A DNA stretch of 64,000 nucleotides from a virus. Below are positions 41,059-51,751 of this stretch, in pieces. Location of the stretch: IMG/VR virus record IMGVR_UViG_3300042261_000762, positions 32,001-96,000 of that record; one strand, written 5' to 3'. Numbering within the stretch: the first letter of the stretch is position 1; the number at the start of each line of letters is the position of its first letter. The notes under the pieces are model-generated. The model was given only the letters and a program-made list of their open reading frames with translations, did not search any database and was not told the origin of the DNA. The translations under genes and the position numbers were made by a program.

Positions 41059-42191
41059 TTATCTTTAAATTCTTTTTTATCTACTGATTGATAAAACTTA
41101 GAAAAATCGAAATATTTATCAAATACATTTCTAATTTCCTCATAAGTCAGAGTTGGTAATATTTTCTCTAAAGAGAACTTATCCATCTCTATAAATTTAT
41201 ATCCATTATTATGTAATAAGATGTTTTCTTTTTCGTATTTATTTTGATAGTATTTCTTAGTTATTTCAAATCTTTCCCTTGTTAAATATTTATCTGGATT
41301 ATCTAATATATTCTTTATTAATTCCTGAACTTTATCTACATTCTTATTTGAAGTTACAGTCTCAAATATAGCTATGGCAGAATTATTAGTTACTTCTCTA
41401 TTATAACAATGAACAAAATACACAAGCCCGTGCTTCTCTCTTATTTCTTGATAAAGAGGAGATTTCAATCCGCCACCTAACATTCTTGTTATGAATTGAA
41501 GATGTGGGAAATGATCATGTATAATTGGTGATAAGTTAATAATAGAAGATTTATCTTTATAACTATTTCCTTTTTCATATATGAAATCGTTATCTACATT
41601 AAGAACTAACTCTTTATCTTCATAGGTTCTATTATCAAATTCCACTTTAGAGAAGAATTCTTCTGTCTTTTTATCTGTGCTTTTTGATACGTCTACAATC
41701 ATAGTTGGTTTTCTGTATTGTAGTTCAAAGAAATCCTGACAATCTTTTAATGTTAGACCTTCTAAATCTTCTAGTAATCCTATTGCTTCATAATAACCAT
41801 ATAATTTTCTAAAAAGATTTTGACCGTGAGCGTCTGATTGTTTATTGAAAGAATCTTTATATTCTTCTATAACAATTTTTTTCTCATTTTGAAATTGCTC
41901 TTCAGTGATATTGAAATTCTGAAGATGTTCGAAGAATTTCTTTTTCCATCTTTTAACATTTTTATCCATTCCAGTCATATAAAATACAATCTCTTTGTCT
42001 GAAGTATATGCATTCCAATGTATAGCATCTCTTTCGAAATCTTCCATTAGACTATCTATTCCTTTACATACAAGGTGTTCCATTATGTGTGAAATACCAT
42101 AGATTCCTTTATGTTCATTCATTGTGCTTCCATAATAAGCAATGTAAAACCCAGATAAGGGTGTTGGTGATTTGATTTTCTTATAATTCAT
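41055..42191 (-). CDS. M16 (insulinase-family) zinc peptidase
   Basis: GISHIMEH (inverted HxxEH), NAYTS, EKKIVIEE, SPLYQEIREKHGLVY. Confidence 0.9.
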   Translation of the reverse strand: MNYKKIKSPTPLSGFYIAYYGSTMNEHKGIYGISHIMEHLVCKGIDSLMEDFERDAIHWNAYTSDKEIVFYMTGMDKNVKRWKKKFFEHLQNFNITEEQFQNEKKIVIEEYKDSFNKQSDAHGQNLFRKLYGYYEAIGLLEDLEGLTLKDCQDFFELQYRKPTMIVDVSKSTDKKTEEFFSKVEFDNRTYEDKELVLNVDNDFIYEKGNSYKDKSSIINLSPIIHDHFPHLQFITRMLGGGLKSPLYQEIREKHGLVYFVHCYNREVTNNSAIAIFETVTSNKNVDKVQELIKNILDNPDKYLTRERFEITKKYYQNKYEKENILLHNNGYKFIEMDKFSLEKILPTLTYEEIRNVFDKYFDFSKFYQSVDKKEFKDK

Positions 42192-42195
42192 ATAT

Positions 42196-43188
42196 TTATT
42201 TATTTTTAATTTTTATTAACATATCTTTATCTATAACATTATAGATTGAATCATCATTTTTTAAATATTCTTGATAACAAGTGCCATTGAATCTATCTGA
42301 CCATCTATTACTTTTCATTGGTTTATAAATGTCAATTTGAGAATCTTGAACTTCTTGTCCTGATAATAGTTTCAAAAGAAGATTTTCTTTTTCGACTGAC
42401 CATTTTATTAATCCAGTTAACCATTTTTTTAACATACAATCTTCCATAAAATAAACTAACCAAGATGTCAAGTGTAAAGCATAAGTTGGATAATCTGTTG
42501 ATGATAAAAATTTTCTAAACCAGCTTTCACTTTTTGCTTTTTCGGTTATTGCATATAATTTATATCCATTATTAGCATCAGATTTTTCATCATAAACCCA
42601 ACCTTTACCATCCCAATTATGCCACAATCCTGTATTTGGATCAACATCCATATACCATAGACTATCTCTATCTTTATAACCTAACATTTTATATAATAGT
42701 TTATTCCATAAAATACCAGGCACGAATTCTATAAGTTCGAATATTCCAAATAGATTTGTCCACCATTTACTTTTTGATGTTGCCATTCTAATCCAAACCC
42801 ATAAAGTAGGACCCATAAGAAATCTCTTACTCAATCTAAATCTTAAATGTCTTCCTATTTCTTTAAGTTCTTTTTCATCTCCATTAAATTTCAATGAAGC
42901 CAAAGCCATTATAGTTTGATCACGGCTCATGTCATTTTCGCCATATCTAGGATAACATCTTGCCCCTTGATAATAATATTTACCATTAGGTTTTTCGACT
43001 TTTGTAAAACATGATAATATTCCTTCTTTAAGAATTTTATCTCCATAAGAAATATAAGACATTGATGTTCTGTGACAAGCGTCAGCTTCTCCTATATTTT
43101 TTGGATTTTCCCAACCCTCGGGAGTTTGAAACATCATTTTTTTATTAATGTCAAAAAATCTATATGTTTTTGATGTAGTATTAAACAT
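42196..43188 (-). CDS. Hypothetical protein
   Basis: 330-aa ORF; no motif recognised. Confidence 0.6.
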   Translation of the reverse strand: MFNTTSKTYRFFDINKKMMFQTPEGWENPKNIGEADACHRTSMSYISYGDKILKEGILSCFTKVEKPNGKYYYQGARCYPRYGENDMSRDQTIMALASLKFNGDEKELKEIGRHLRFRLSKRFLMGPTLWVWIRMATSKSKWWTNLFGIFELIEFVPGILWNKLLYKMLGYKDRDSLWYMDVDPNTGLWHNWDGKGWVYDEKSDANNGYKLYAITEKAKSESWFRKFLSSTDYPTYALHLTSWLVYFMEDCMLKKWLTGLIKWSVEKENLLLKLLSGQEVQDSQIDIYKPMKSNRWSDRFNGTCYQEYLKNDDSIYNVIDKDMLIKIKNK

Positions 43189-43400
43189 AATTTTAATTAT
43201 TTTTTATGAACTAAAATGTTCATATACAGTTTTTAATGGCATCAAATAACAATTATCCACATCACCTTCACTGGATTCTATGATTATTACTTGAACGTCA
43301 TTTTTGTCGTTTTTATTTGTGAAACTTCTAGTTTCAGCGTAATAATATTGGTCCTTCTTAAAAGGACCAATATCTTTTACGCATTTTATTTTAACTTCTG

Positions 43401-44345
43401 TTATATCCATCTTACTGAGTGTAAATCTTCTAATTTTCTACCTCCACCATAACTTATACTTGATTGTAAACATTCAGTCAAATAATCAAGATATTCCAAA
43501 GTGGAAACATTTTTTAGTTTATTTAATTTTACAGTGCCTTCTATTCTATTTAATTTTTTACCTTGTCTTGTAGAAGCACTCCCATAAAATTCTTTAAATT
43601 TAACATCATCAATTTCAACAACTCTTCCAGGCGAATCTAAAAAAGCTGACATCATACCACCAACCATAACCACAGAAGCTCCAAGAACTATAGATTTAGC
43701 AATATCTGCGGGGGATTTAATTCCACCGTCAGCTATTATGTGTTTCTTTGTTACTTTAGAACAATCATGAACAACAGAAGCTTGTATATTTCTACTACCA
43801 AAACCTGTTGTTGGATAAGTAGTACAAGCACTTCCTGGTCCAACTCCTACTTTTATAGCGTCAGCTCCCCAATTATCTAGGTCGACAGTTGCTTCTATAC
43901 TAGCAACATTTCCAGCTATAATAAAACTTTTAATATCAAGATCTTTTAAAAATTTGAGAATTTTTTTCATCTTCTTACAATGACCGTGAGCTATATCTAT
44001 AGTTATAAAGTCTGGTACTAATTTTTCTTTAACTAATTCTCTCATAAGATCATAAGAATCTTCATTCACTCCAATTGAAATTGAAGTTGGTAGATTTTCT
44101 TTTTTCATGTCCATGATGAATTTTTTATTATCAACTCCAAATCTATGCATTATATAAAAATATCCATTTCTAGCTAAAATCTTAGATAATTCTTCGTCTA
44201 TTACACATTCCATATTGGCAGGTATAACAGGATTTTTGAATCTAAAATCGCCGAATTGAATATTTGTATCACATTCGCTTCTACTATCAACAGTACTATA
44301 TCTTGGAATCAAATTTATATCATCGTAGTCAAATTTTCCTATCAT
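43401..44345 (-). CDS. guaC: GMP reductase
   Basis: FDYDDINLIP, SRSECDT, PVIPANM, YFYIMHRF, ITIDIAHGH, KVGVGPGSACTT, IIADGGI, LQSSISYGG. Confidence 0.93.
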   Translation of the reverse strand: MIGKFDYDDINLIPRYSTVDSRSECDTNIQFGDFRFKNPVIPANMECVIDEELSKILARNGYFYIMHRFGVDNKKFIMDMKKENLPTSISIGVNEDSYDLMRELVKEKLVPDFITIDIAHGHCKKMKKILKFLKDLDIKSFIIAGNVASIEATVDLDNWGADAIKVGVGPGSACTTYPTTGFGSRNIQASVVHDCSKVTKKHIIADGGIKSPADIAKSIVLGASVVMVGGMMSAFLDSPGRVVEIDDVKFKEFYGSASTRQGKKLNRIEGTVKLNKLKNVSTLEYLDYLTECLQSSISYGGGRKLEDLHSVRWI

Positions 44346-44529
44346 AAGTCTAGTTTTAATTGATTGGGATTTTCGTTTAATTTTTCTTTATCTTCTATGA
44401 AATCTAATATTTTTTTATAACTATCATTCGATCCTTCCATGTAAGGAGATGGAGAACAGCCGTTTATATAACAATATCTTTCATTGCTTTTAATTAATTG
44501 TAAAATATAATTCTTTACATCTTTCATAA

Positions 44530-45516
44530 TTAATTTTTTATTTTTTCGTTTAATTCTAATAATCGATTAAACATATTAATTCTGAATATATCAGATATTC
44601 TTTTTATAAATTTATCATATTTGATATTATCAACATAATGTTGGAACATTCCAATGTCCAATTTGTCTTCTGGTATTCTTGACATTCTGTTCATATTTTT
44701 TTCAAGCCATTTGACAGAATCTAACTCTATATTCTTTTTTTGTGATGTTACTGTATCATATAAATGGGCGCTTTCAGCCATCTTAAATTTCTCATAAGAC
44801 TCTTTTAACTCTTCAACATATGATGTATGATAATATTCGCCGCCATCGGTATATGAAAAATATAAAATTTGAGAATCTTTCAAGAATCTTCTCAAATTAT
44901 CATTATCTGGATGTTGAATCCATGTATTTTCATTTTCCGCTGGCTTTACTATCATCGTTATTGGATCTAAAGAAGAGATATCAATGATGTTTTTTTGTTT
45001 ATCATCGTATATTACTTCATAAGCCAGATACCCGTCTATTAATAATACTTTAATTGTATGATAAAAGCTAATATCTTCAACATCTACAATTTTTCTTATT
45101 GGGTCATATTTCGGATGACTATAGAATCCTTTTATGCTATCCCATATATCATCTGTTACAATATCAATAAAATTTTTAATTTCGTCTTTTATTGATAATT
45201 GCCTTAATGTTTTTCTTTTTTCTAAATAAGTTCTATCTCTATAATCGATTGAAGATTTTCTATTATAAGATTCTTCTATTATGGATATTTTTGTTTTGGA
45301 TTGTAAAGCGTTAATTCTTTTATTTATAGTTTTACCTAATTTGTCTAGATATTTTTCTTCATCCCCATAATCTTTTACGACTGTTTGAGTGATGCCCACA
45401 TCCCATCCGTTTTCTTTTAGATATTCATTTATTAAATAAATTATTGTCGATTTTCCGGTATTAGACCAACCTTTAACAACGATCGACAGTTCGTTGATTT
45501 CTTTCTCTTTTTTCAT
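44530..45516 (-). CDS. P-loop segment fused to an internally deleted gp20-like portal protein
   Basis: GWSNTGKST; then LIDGYLAYEVIYDDKQKNI..LDPITM, SYVEEL..Y..K..E, VKWL...MSRIP, IKYDKFIKRI, matching the order of gp20 blocks (recalled). Confidence 0.65.
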   Translation of the reverse strand: MKKEKEINELSIVVKGWSNTGKSTIIYLINEYLKENGWDVGITQTVVKDYGDEEKYLDKLGKTINKRINALQSKTKISIIEESYNRKSSIDYRDRTYLEKRKTLRQLSIKDEIKNFIDIVTDDIWDSIKGFYSHPKYDPIRKIVDVEDISFYHTIKVLLIDGYLAYEVIYDDKQKNIIDISSLDPITMIVKPAENENTWIQHPDNDNLRRFLKDSQILYFSYTDGGEYYHTSYVEELKESYEKFKMAESAHLYDTVTSQKKNIELDSVKWLEKNMNRMSRIPEDKLDIGMFQHYVDNIKYDKFIKRISDIFRINMFNRLLELNEKIKN

Positions 45517-45572
45517 TTTGATTTGATTATTTTTTGATTTGTTTTGGTTTTCATTTTGTTTTGTTTTGTTTT

Positions 45573-46469
45573 TTATATTAAATCTGACTCATCAATTTCG
45601 TCATTAATTCCACATTCTTTACATCTATCCCACAATAGTCCTCCGGGAATACCTATATCATTGGGAGTAAATTTTTCTCCTTTTTCGTTACACATTACCA
45701 TTTCATTATTTAATTCCCAATCTCCTTTTTCTATGAAATGACAATATCCAGATTCTTGATTGTGTTTACTCGGATTGTGATCGGAATATGGGCAAGGTTT
45801 CTCATCATAACAATAAACACCACTAGGTATTATTGATGTGTCCTTATTTTTTACTTTTTTACTTATTTCTAATAATTCTTTGTAACATTTTCTACAAAGA
45901 GGAATGTAACTATCATTCCCTCCTATTTCCACTTGTTCTCCTTCTGTTACTATATCTTTAAAATGACCATATAAGAAATCTTTTTTCTTATATCTTATAT
46001 TTAATACTGCTTTCTTTTCACAATTATGACACAGGGTTTTTAATTCTTCTATTTGATCTGCTAAAGTTAACATATAAATAGAACCTTCAAATGGTTCTGT
46101 TTGGAAATCACTTCTTAGTCCATAAACGATAACCGGAATATTTAATTTATCTACTATGTCAGCTAATTCGTAGATGTGATGTTTCTTAAAGAATTGAACT
46201 TCATCTACTAAAATACAATCATAATTATAATTATTTCTTGGTTTGTGAGTTCTAACATATTCAAATATGTTCATTTCGTCTGTAATTCCAACAGCCGGTT
46301 TTTCCAAACCAGTTCTTGATTTTACGATATTATCACCGTATCTATTGTCTTTGGCTGATGTTAGTATAAGAACATTTTTGTGGTGTTCTTCGTAGTTGTA
46401 ACAAGTTTTTAATAAATCTAAACTTTTACCTGCTCCCATTGAGCTATATCTGAAAAATAATTTTGCCAT
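45573..46469 (-). CDS. tdk: Thymidine kinase with Cys-rich C-terminal extension
   Basis: YSSMGAGKS, SRTGL, ILVDEVQF, YGLRSDF, LAD.IEELKTLC, IGGNDSYIPLCRKC. Confidence 0.93.
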   Translation of the reverse strand: MAKLFFRYSSMGAGKSLDLLKTCYNYEEHHKNVLILTSAKDNRYGDNIVKSRTGLEKPAVGITDEMNIFEYVRTHKPRNNYNYDCILVDEVQFFKKHHIYELADIVDKLNIPVIVYGLRSDFQTEPFEGSIYMLTLADQIEELKTLCHNCEKKAVLNIRYKKKDFLYGHFKDIVTEGEQVEIGGNDSYIPLCRKCYKELLEISKKVKNKDTSIIPSGVYCYDEKPCPYSDHNPSKHNQESGYCHFIEKGDWELNNEMVMCNEKGEKFTPNDIGIPGGLLWDRCKECGINDEIDESDLI

Positions 46470-46471
46470 AT

Positions 46472-47053
46472 TTACATTCCTATCGTATTATAATGTTTTT
46501 CTGATGATTCTTCCCACGATTTTGGAAATTCATAAAGTCCTAACATTATATCATCATATGCCATTCTCATTTGTTTAGCACATAAATCATAAGGAACTTT
46601 ACCTACACCAGTACCGAATCCACTCATAGTTACAGTCTTAATTCTTTCCTCTTCTTGTTTCAATAAGAGAAATACCGCTCTTGCGGCAAGATAAACATTT
46701 GGAGTTTTTTCTAAAATCATTGGAACTCTCATTGTTGGTGCTGATATACAAAAAGGTATATCTCTATTGTCAGTTTCCACTAATTCAGCCTGACCAACAA
46801 GTAATTCGCCGTTGTATTTTTCTTTTATTTGTTTTTGTAATTTTTCTTGAACTTGCCAGCCAATAACCATAGATATTGCTAAATCTAAACCACCATCCAT
46901 ATATCCAAAAGAATTAGCTGGAGATACTACGCAGTCTGTTGGTAGATCAAAAAAGTCACCATGATGAACTATAACATCTGGAATATCTTTGAAAAAATAT
47001 TTCCAGATATTACACATGGGTTTATTTCTATCAATTAATTGAATTTTTGTCAT
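46472..47053 (-). CDS. Macro domain (ADP-ribose hydrolase-like) protein
   Basis: VVSPANSFGYMDGGLDLAI, APTMRVP, GFGTGVG. Confidence 0.88.
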   Translation of the reverse strand: MTKIQLIDRNKPMCNIWKYFFKDIPDVIVHHGDFFDLPTDCVVSPANSFGYMDGGLDLAISMVIGWQVQEKLQKQIKEKYNGELLVGQAELVETDNRDIPFCISAPTMRVPMILEKTPNVYLAARAVFLLLKQEEERIKTVTMSGFGTGVGKVPYDLCAKQMRMAYDDIMLGLYEFPKSWEESSEKHYNTIGM

Positions 47054-48069
47054 TTACTTAAATAATCCTCTATTTCTTTTTTGGATCTTTCTTCTTCCTC
47101 TATTTGAAATTTAGCTTCTAATTCTTTTTTCAAGTCTGAAGCTAAATTAAACATGTTCAAATATTCTTCTCTGGATATTTGTTCCGATATATGATCATAA
47201 GCTATTGAATAGTTAGATGCTAAGTTAAATACAGATATACATATATCTCCACTTATGGTGCATCCGCCACTAAACCAAATATGGTCTGGGTGTTTTATTG
47301 ATTTCAAGCTTTTATGAAAAGCTTCTATTAGTTTATCTTTCATCTTTTTATATCCTCATAATTTTCTGGCGCATCAGGATAAAAATCCTTCAACATTTCC
47401 CATTTTTTCAATTCTTCAAAATCACCTTTTGTTAATTGATTCAATCTAAGAGCTTTAGCCCAAGTGAACATTATTCTCAATTGATCTTTAGTAAATCCCC
47501 CTACAGTTCTTTCGGGTTCCGAATCTACTTGATTTATAGAATTTATTTTTTTATCTAATAATTCTCTATAATTTTTTTCTTTTTTAATTTTAATAATATC
47601 TGATGTTATTCCTAATTGTTCCTCTATGAAGAGCAATCTTTCTTCTAAATTCGATATTCTTTCAGCTAATGTCATATTAATAATTTTCTATTTCTTTTAA
47701 GACTCTATCTATTTGTCTTCCGATGTCTAAAGGCAACATCATATTGGTTCTACATTGTTCCAATAAATATTTCATTCTCATAGACACATCGAGAAGAGCG
47801 GCTATGTCTTTTTCCATATTTTTATCCATTTTTTGTTTATTAGATGATTCTACTTGTTCTCTTAATTTTTGATTTTCCAATCTGAGATATTCAAGTTCGT
47901 AATTTTTATCTTCATTTCCCCAACCAGGCAAAGCCCAAGGATCTTTTTTCTTTCTAGTTGCCATTTTAGAACATTCTTTTTTTGTTATATAATTTTTTAA
48001 CTGAAAGGTTTTATTTATCAAAAAAACAATTTTTTGAATTTAATATATAACAAAAAGAAAATATTAACC

Positions 48070-48519
48070 ATGAAAGTTAAAACATTATTAGATTTCATAA
48101 ACGAACAATCTGGTAGCGATTACGATAAAATTTTTTGGGATCCATCAGGACCATATGGCGTTGGTAAGGCAGATAAACCAATTTATAAAAAGCTCAGAGA
48201 GAGAATAATTCCCGGATATGATGGTCCGATTGAAGAAGAGGATGAAGATCCATTCATGTCCGGCCTTAATCAAAAAAGAAATTACAACAAAATAGAGAAT
48301 GATGCTGAAGTTTTATATCATTCTGTAGAACCAGAAAATCTTGAAGATGTTATGGAAGAAGGACTTCATGGTCAAATATATTTAACAAAAACTCCACAAG
48401 AAGCACGTAAACATCATCCTATAGTCCTAAAAATAAACGTTAAAGGTCGTAAATTAACAGTAAAAGATGAAGGTTTTGTAGTAAAAGATGTTCCTGTAGA
48501 TCAAATAACTGAATTATAA
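48070..48519 (+). CDS. Putative ADP-ribosyltransferase-fold protein with targeting-like leader
   Basis: MKVKTLLDFINE; LYHSVEPENLEDVMEEGL..IYLT....A...IVLKIN resembles Tpt1/KptA-type ART motifs. Confidence 0.5.
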   Translation: MKVKTLLDFINEQSGSDYDKIFWDPSGPYGVGKADKPIYKKLRERIIPGYDGPIEEEDEDPFMSGLNQKRNYNKIENDAEVLYHSVEPENLEDVMEEGLHGQIYLTKTPQEARKHHPIVLKINVKGRKLTVKDEGFVVKDVPVDQITEL

Positions 48520-48536
48520 AAGAAATTATAAAAAAA

Positions 48537-49046
48537 ATGACGGATAAAGAACAAAAATTATTAAATTCATTATATCAATTTTATTCTACTGAAGAAAAAA
48601 AACCTGTTGCTGGAAATTTTGAATTCTCTGAAGGAGATAATGTTATTTATAACAACATGGGAGAAAGACATGCCGGAGAAGTTGGTGTTTATAAAGGTAG
48701 AAGACAAGAAGATGGTAAAATTAAAATAAAATACGCTAATGTTATTTTTTGGGCTAATCCAAAATATGTGGCTCCAGCCAATACAGTAAAAGATTTATCT
48801 AGATTATATAGAATATTAGATCAAATGGTACAAGATGGAGATCTATCAAGATCAGTTGTGGATAAATTTAAAAGAGAAGTAGAACAAAAAACTCAAAGGA
48901 AAAAATTAGATCCATATAACGAAGAATCTTGGGATGACGATGAACCTGAGCAAATTATAAAACCACCTAGACCAAATCCTCCTCAACAAAGAAGACAAAC
49001 CGCTGACCCATGCGCCAGAGGCGGATATACTAGAGGAGGTTGTTAA
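48537..49046 (+). CDS. Hypothetical protein with SH3/KOW-like module and DPYNEESW tag
   Basis: FSEGDNVIY..GEVGVY; LDPYNEESW; Pro/Gln-rich tail. Confidence 0.55.
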   Translation: MTDKEQKLLNSLYQFYSTEEKKPVAGNFEFSEGDNVIYNNMGERHAGEVGVYKGRRQEDGKIKIKYANVIFWANPKYVAPANTVKDLSRLYRILDQMVQDGDLSRSVVDKFKREVEQKTQRKKLDPYNEESWDDDEPEQIIKPPRPNPPQQRRQTADPCARGGYTRGGC

Positions 49047-49047
49047 T

Positions 49048-49920
49048 ATGATATTATACGGAAAAGAAATAGAACCAAGACAATATTATTGTCAATTATT
49101 CGATTGCGATTTAGAGGCAGTAGAAAAACCTTATATGAACATTCAAGTTAAATTAAAAGGATGTAATGCTGATTGTTTGTTCTGTGAAAGTAAAGAACCA
49201 GGTAATTTTGACGAAGATAAATATTTTGAAAAATTGAAGAAAATATCCGAGCAAGTACCAATTTATAAATTGAACTTCACTGGAGGCGAGCCAACACTAA
49301 ATTTCGAAAGACTTAAAAGATTAATAAAAGGATCAATTGAAATCATACCCGATGTTTATATCGCTATAAACACCAATGGATATAACTTCGAAAGATTATT
49401 TGAAGAAAATATACATGAATTAGTTGGTAATATTCAATTATCAAGACACCATTATAGCGATATGTTAAACGATAAAATTCTTGGAGTTAAATCTGTTTCT
49501 AAAGATACAATAAAATCTATCGCTTCGAAATTAGAGAATAAAAGACTTCTCAATTTGTCTTGCAATCTTATAAAAAGTTGTATTGATAATGAAGAAGAAA
49601 TAATAAGATATTTAGAAGAAGCATCAGCAATTGATATAAGATGGGTTGGTTTTGTAACTCTTATACCATTAAATGATTTTTGTGTAGATCAAAAAATATT
49701 ATTCGAAGACATGAAATTGGAATGTGATAGGTTTATATTAACAAAACATTGGAAATATGAAAATAAATGTCAGTGTTATGGTTATGTGTATATTCCAACA
49801 GACGGTGGAGACCCAATAAGAGTTTATAATAAGAGAACTGAGAAAGCAGATCTTAAGAACATATTAGTCTTTGATGGGGAAAATTTTAATATTGGATTCT
49901 CAAATGATGCTTTACTTTAA
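49048..49920 (+). CDS. Radical SAM protein
   Basis: CNADCLFC, FTGGEP, NTNG, LSRHHY. Confidence 0.88.
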   Translation: MILYGKEIEPRQYYCQLFDCDLEAVEKPYMNIQVKLKGCNADCLFCESKEPGNFDEDKYFEKLKKISEQVPIYKLNFTGGEPTLNFERLKRLIKGSIEIIPDVYIAINTNGYNFERLFEENIHELVGNIQLSRHHYSDMLNDKILGVKSVSKDTIKSIASKLENKRLLNLSCNLIKSCIDNEEEIIRYLEEASAIDIRWVGFVTLIPLNDFCVDQKILFEDMKLECDRFILTKHWKYENKCQCYGYVYIPTDGGDPIRVYNKRTEKADLKNILVFDGENFNIGFSNDALL

Positions 49921-50541
49921 TGGTCTAGCATATATCTCCAACATATTAGATGGCGCTGGATCGTAATCATAAGGCTGTTTAACAACAACATTAGATTCTA
50001 TTATTTCAAATCTTTTGGAAATTAGTTCATCCCATTGTTCTTTTGTCCTCATAGATTTGCCTGTATTTATTCCGCCAACATTAACTATTTTAACAGATAC
50101 GAACAATAATCCATTCATTGTAATAGTTCTATGAAATTCATCTAAAATATTTGATGTTTGTTCGTCATTGAAATAATGTAGAGATAATCTTGAAAATATA
50201 ATATCAAACATTCCCTCTCTAAATGGTAATTTTCCTTCACTTATGTCTTGTAATATCCATGTATTATTTGGTAAAATATCTTTTATTTTATTAATAGCAA
50301 CATCACTTATATCTATTCCATATACATCATAACCTTTCTTATCAAAATATAAAGCATTAGATCCGTCACCGACTCCAACGTCTAGAACTTTTCCTCTTTT
50401 GATAATTGAAGATATTTTATCTATATTGTTATCTGGAGTGCTTTGTGTATATTTTCCTGTTCCAATTTTACCATATAAATCATTCCACATTTCTGTAGCA
50501 CTACTATATTGTTCATTTAAGATGTGTGTGAATTTTCTCAT
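49912..50541 (-). CDS. Class I SAM-dependent methyltransferase
   Basis: VLDVGVGDG, GIDIS, FDIIFSRLSLHYF; leader MRKFTHILNE. Confidence 0.85.
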   Translation of the reverse strand: MRKFTHILNEQYSSATEMWNDLYGKIGTGKYTQSTPDNNIDKISSIIKRGKVLDVGVGDGSNALYFDKKGYDVYGIDISDVAINKIKDILPNNTWILQDISEGKLPFREGMFDIIFSRLSLHYFNDEQTSNILDEFHRTITMNGLLFVSVKIVNVGGINTGKSMRTKEQWDELISKRFEIIESNVVVKQPYDYDPAPSNMLEIYARPLK

Positions 50542-50709
50542 GAATTATAATGCTCTAACTTTTTAGTTATCTCTTGATAAGTTTTTTCAGGAAGAAGTTT
50601 TTTAATTTCGGATATTTCATCCAATATCGGCAATACTACCGCCGTAACTTCTTCTAATTGTCTAAGTAATTTTATTTCTTCTGAATCTGCCATTTTATTT
50701 TATTTATTA

Positions 50710-51751
50710 TTAAAACCAACCTCCGAAAAAAGAAGTCTGTTGTTTTGGTGGTTTAAGACAAGTAGATTTTGTCCACATATTAAAATAACCAGTTATTAAT
50801 CCAAGTGATGTGTTTGGTACTCTAATTAAATAATCACATTTATCAGTATTTGGAGAATCACAGAGGTTGTGATGTTTGTAACTTACATGATCTATTTTTA
50901 TTACAGTTACTTGTTTACCGTGATGTAAATTCCACATATAAGGAAAACAATTAATATCTGGAACATATGTATATACTCCATTTACCTTAATTTTTTCTAC
51001 TGATTTTTGATTTTGTTTTCCTGGTCCAGTTCCGTTTTTTATTGTTAAAGTCCCGTCTTTATCATCAATACTCCAATTTCCTGGTTTATGCCAAGGGCCA
51101 TTTGGATCTTTAGATTTCTGCTCTGGTTTAGCGACCGGTTTAGGCTCTGTCTTTTCTTTTTTCTTAAAACATTTGGTCCATGCTATAGTGATATTTCTTT
51201 GACATTCATTGGCTTTTTTATATCTTTTGGCTTTTGGATACAAAGATTCTATTTCTTTCATCAAAGGCAACGCCATATCAACAAGAAATCTAAGTCTATC
51301 TTCCATAGCTTTATTTGAATTTGAATCTGAATCTGTATTAATAAAAGCTGGCATGCCATCCACGTCTTCAGCATTCTTATCTATTGATTCTGATAAAAAC
51401 TTTTTATAATTTTTATTAATTTTCCCAGTCTTCTTCTCCATATGGATCTTCTTTTGTTATTTTTCTTTTTCCCTGAGGATAATAAGGCACATCTTTGCCA
51501 CTCATCATCATACCCATTCTTATAGCACTTACATAAGAAAATATATTAGCTAATCCCATCTGACTAGCTGTTGTTTGATAGATTTCCGTCCCGTCTTTTA
51601 TTTTTAATACGAACATGTTGTTTTCTGTTACCATTGATAAATGTGGATATATTTTCCAAACCGCGGCCATTATTCCTTTTATGTCGTCAATAGTAACATC
51701 ATCGCCATGTTTCATTTGTTCTTTTAATATATCTTGAAATCTTTTAACCAT
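50710..51751 (-). CDS. Two hypothetical late proteins (50710-51441; 51416-51751 with C-terminal DPYGEEDW)
   Basis: Leaders NKNYKKFLSE and MVKRFQDILKE. Confidence 0.55.
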
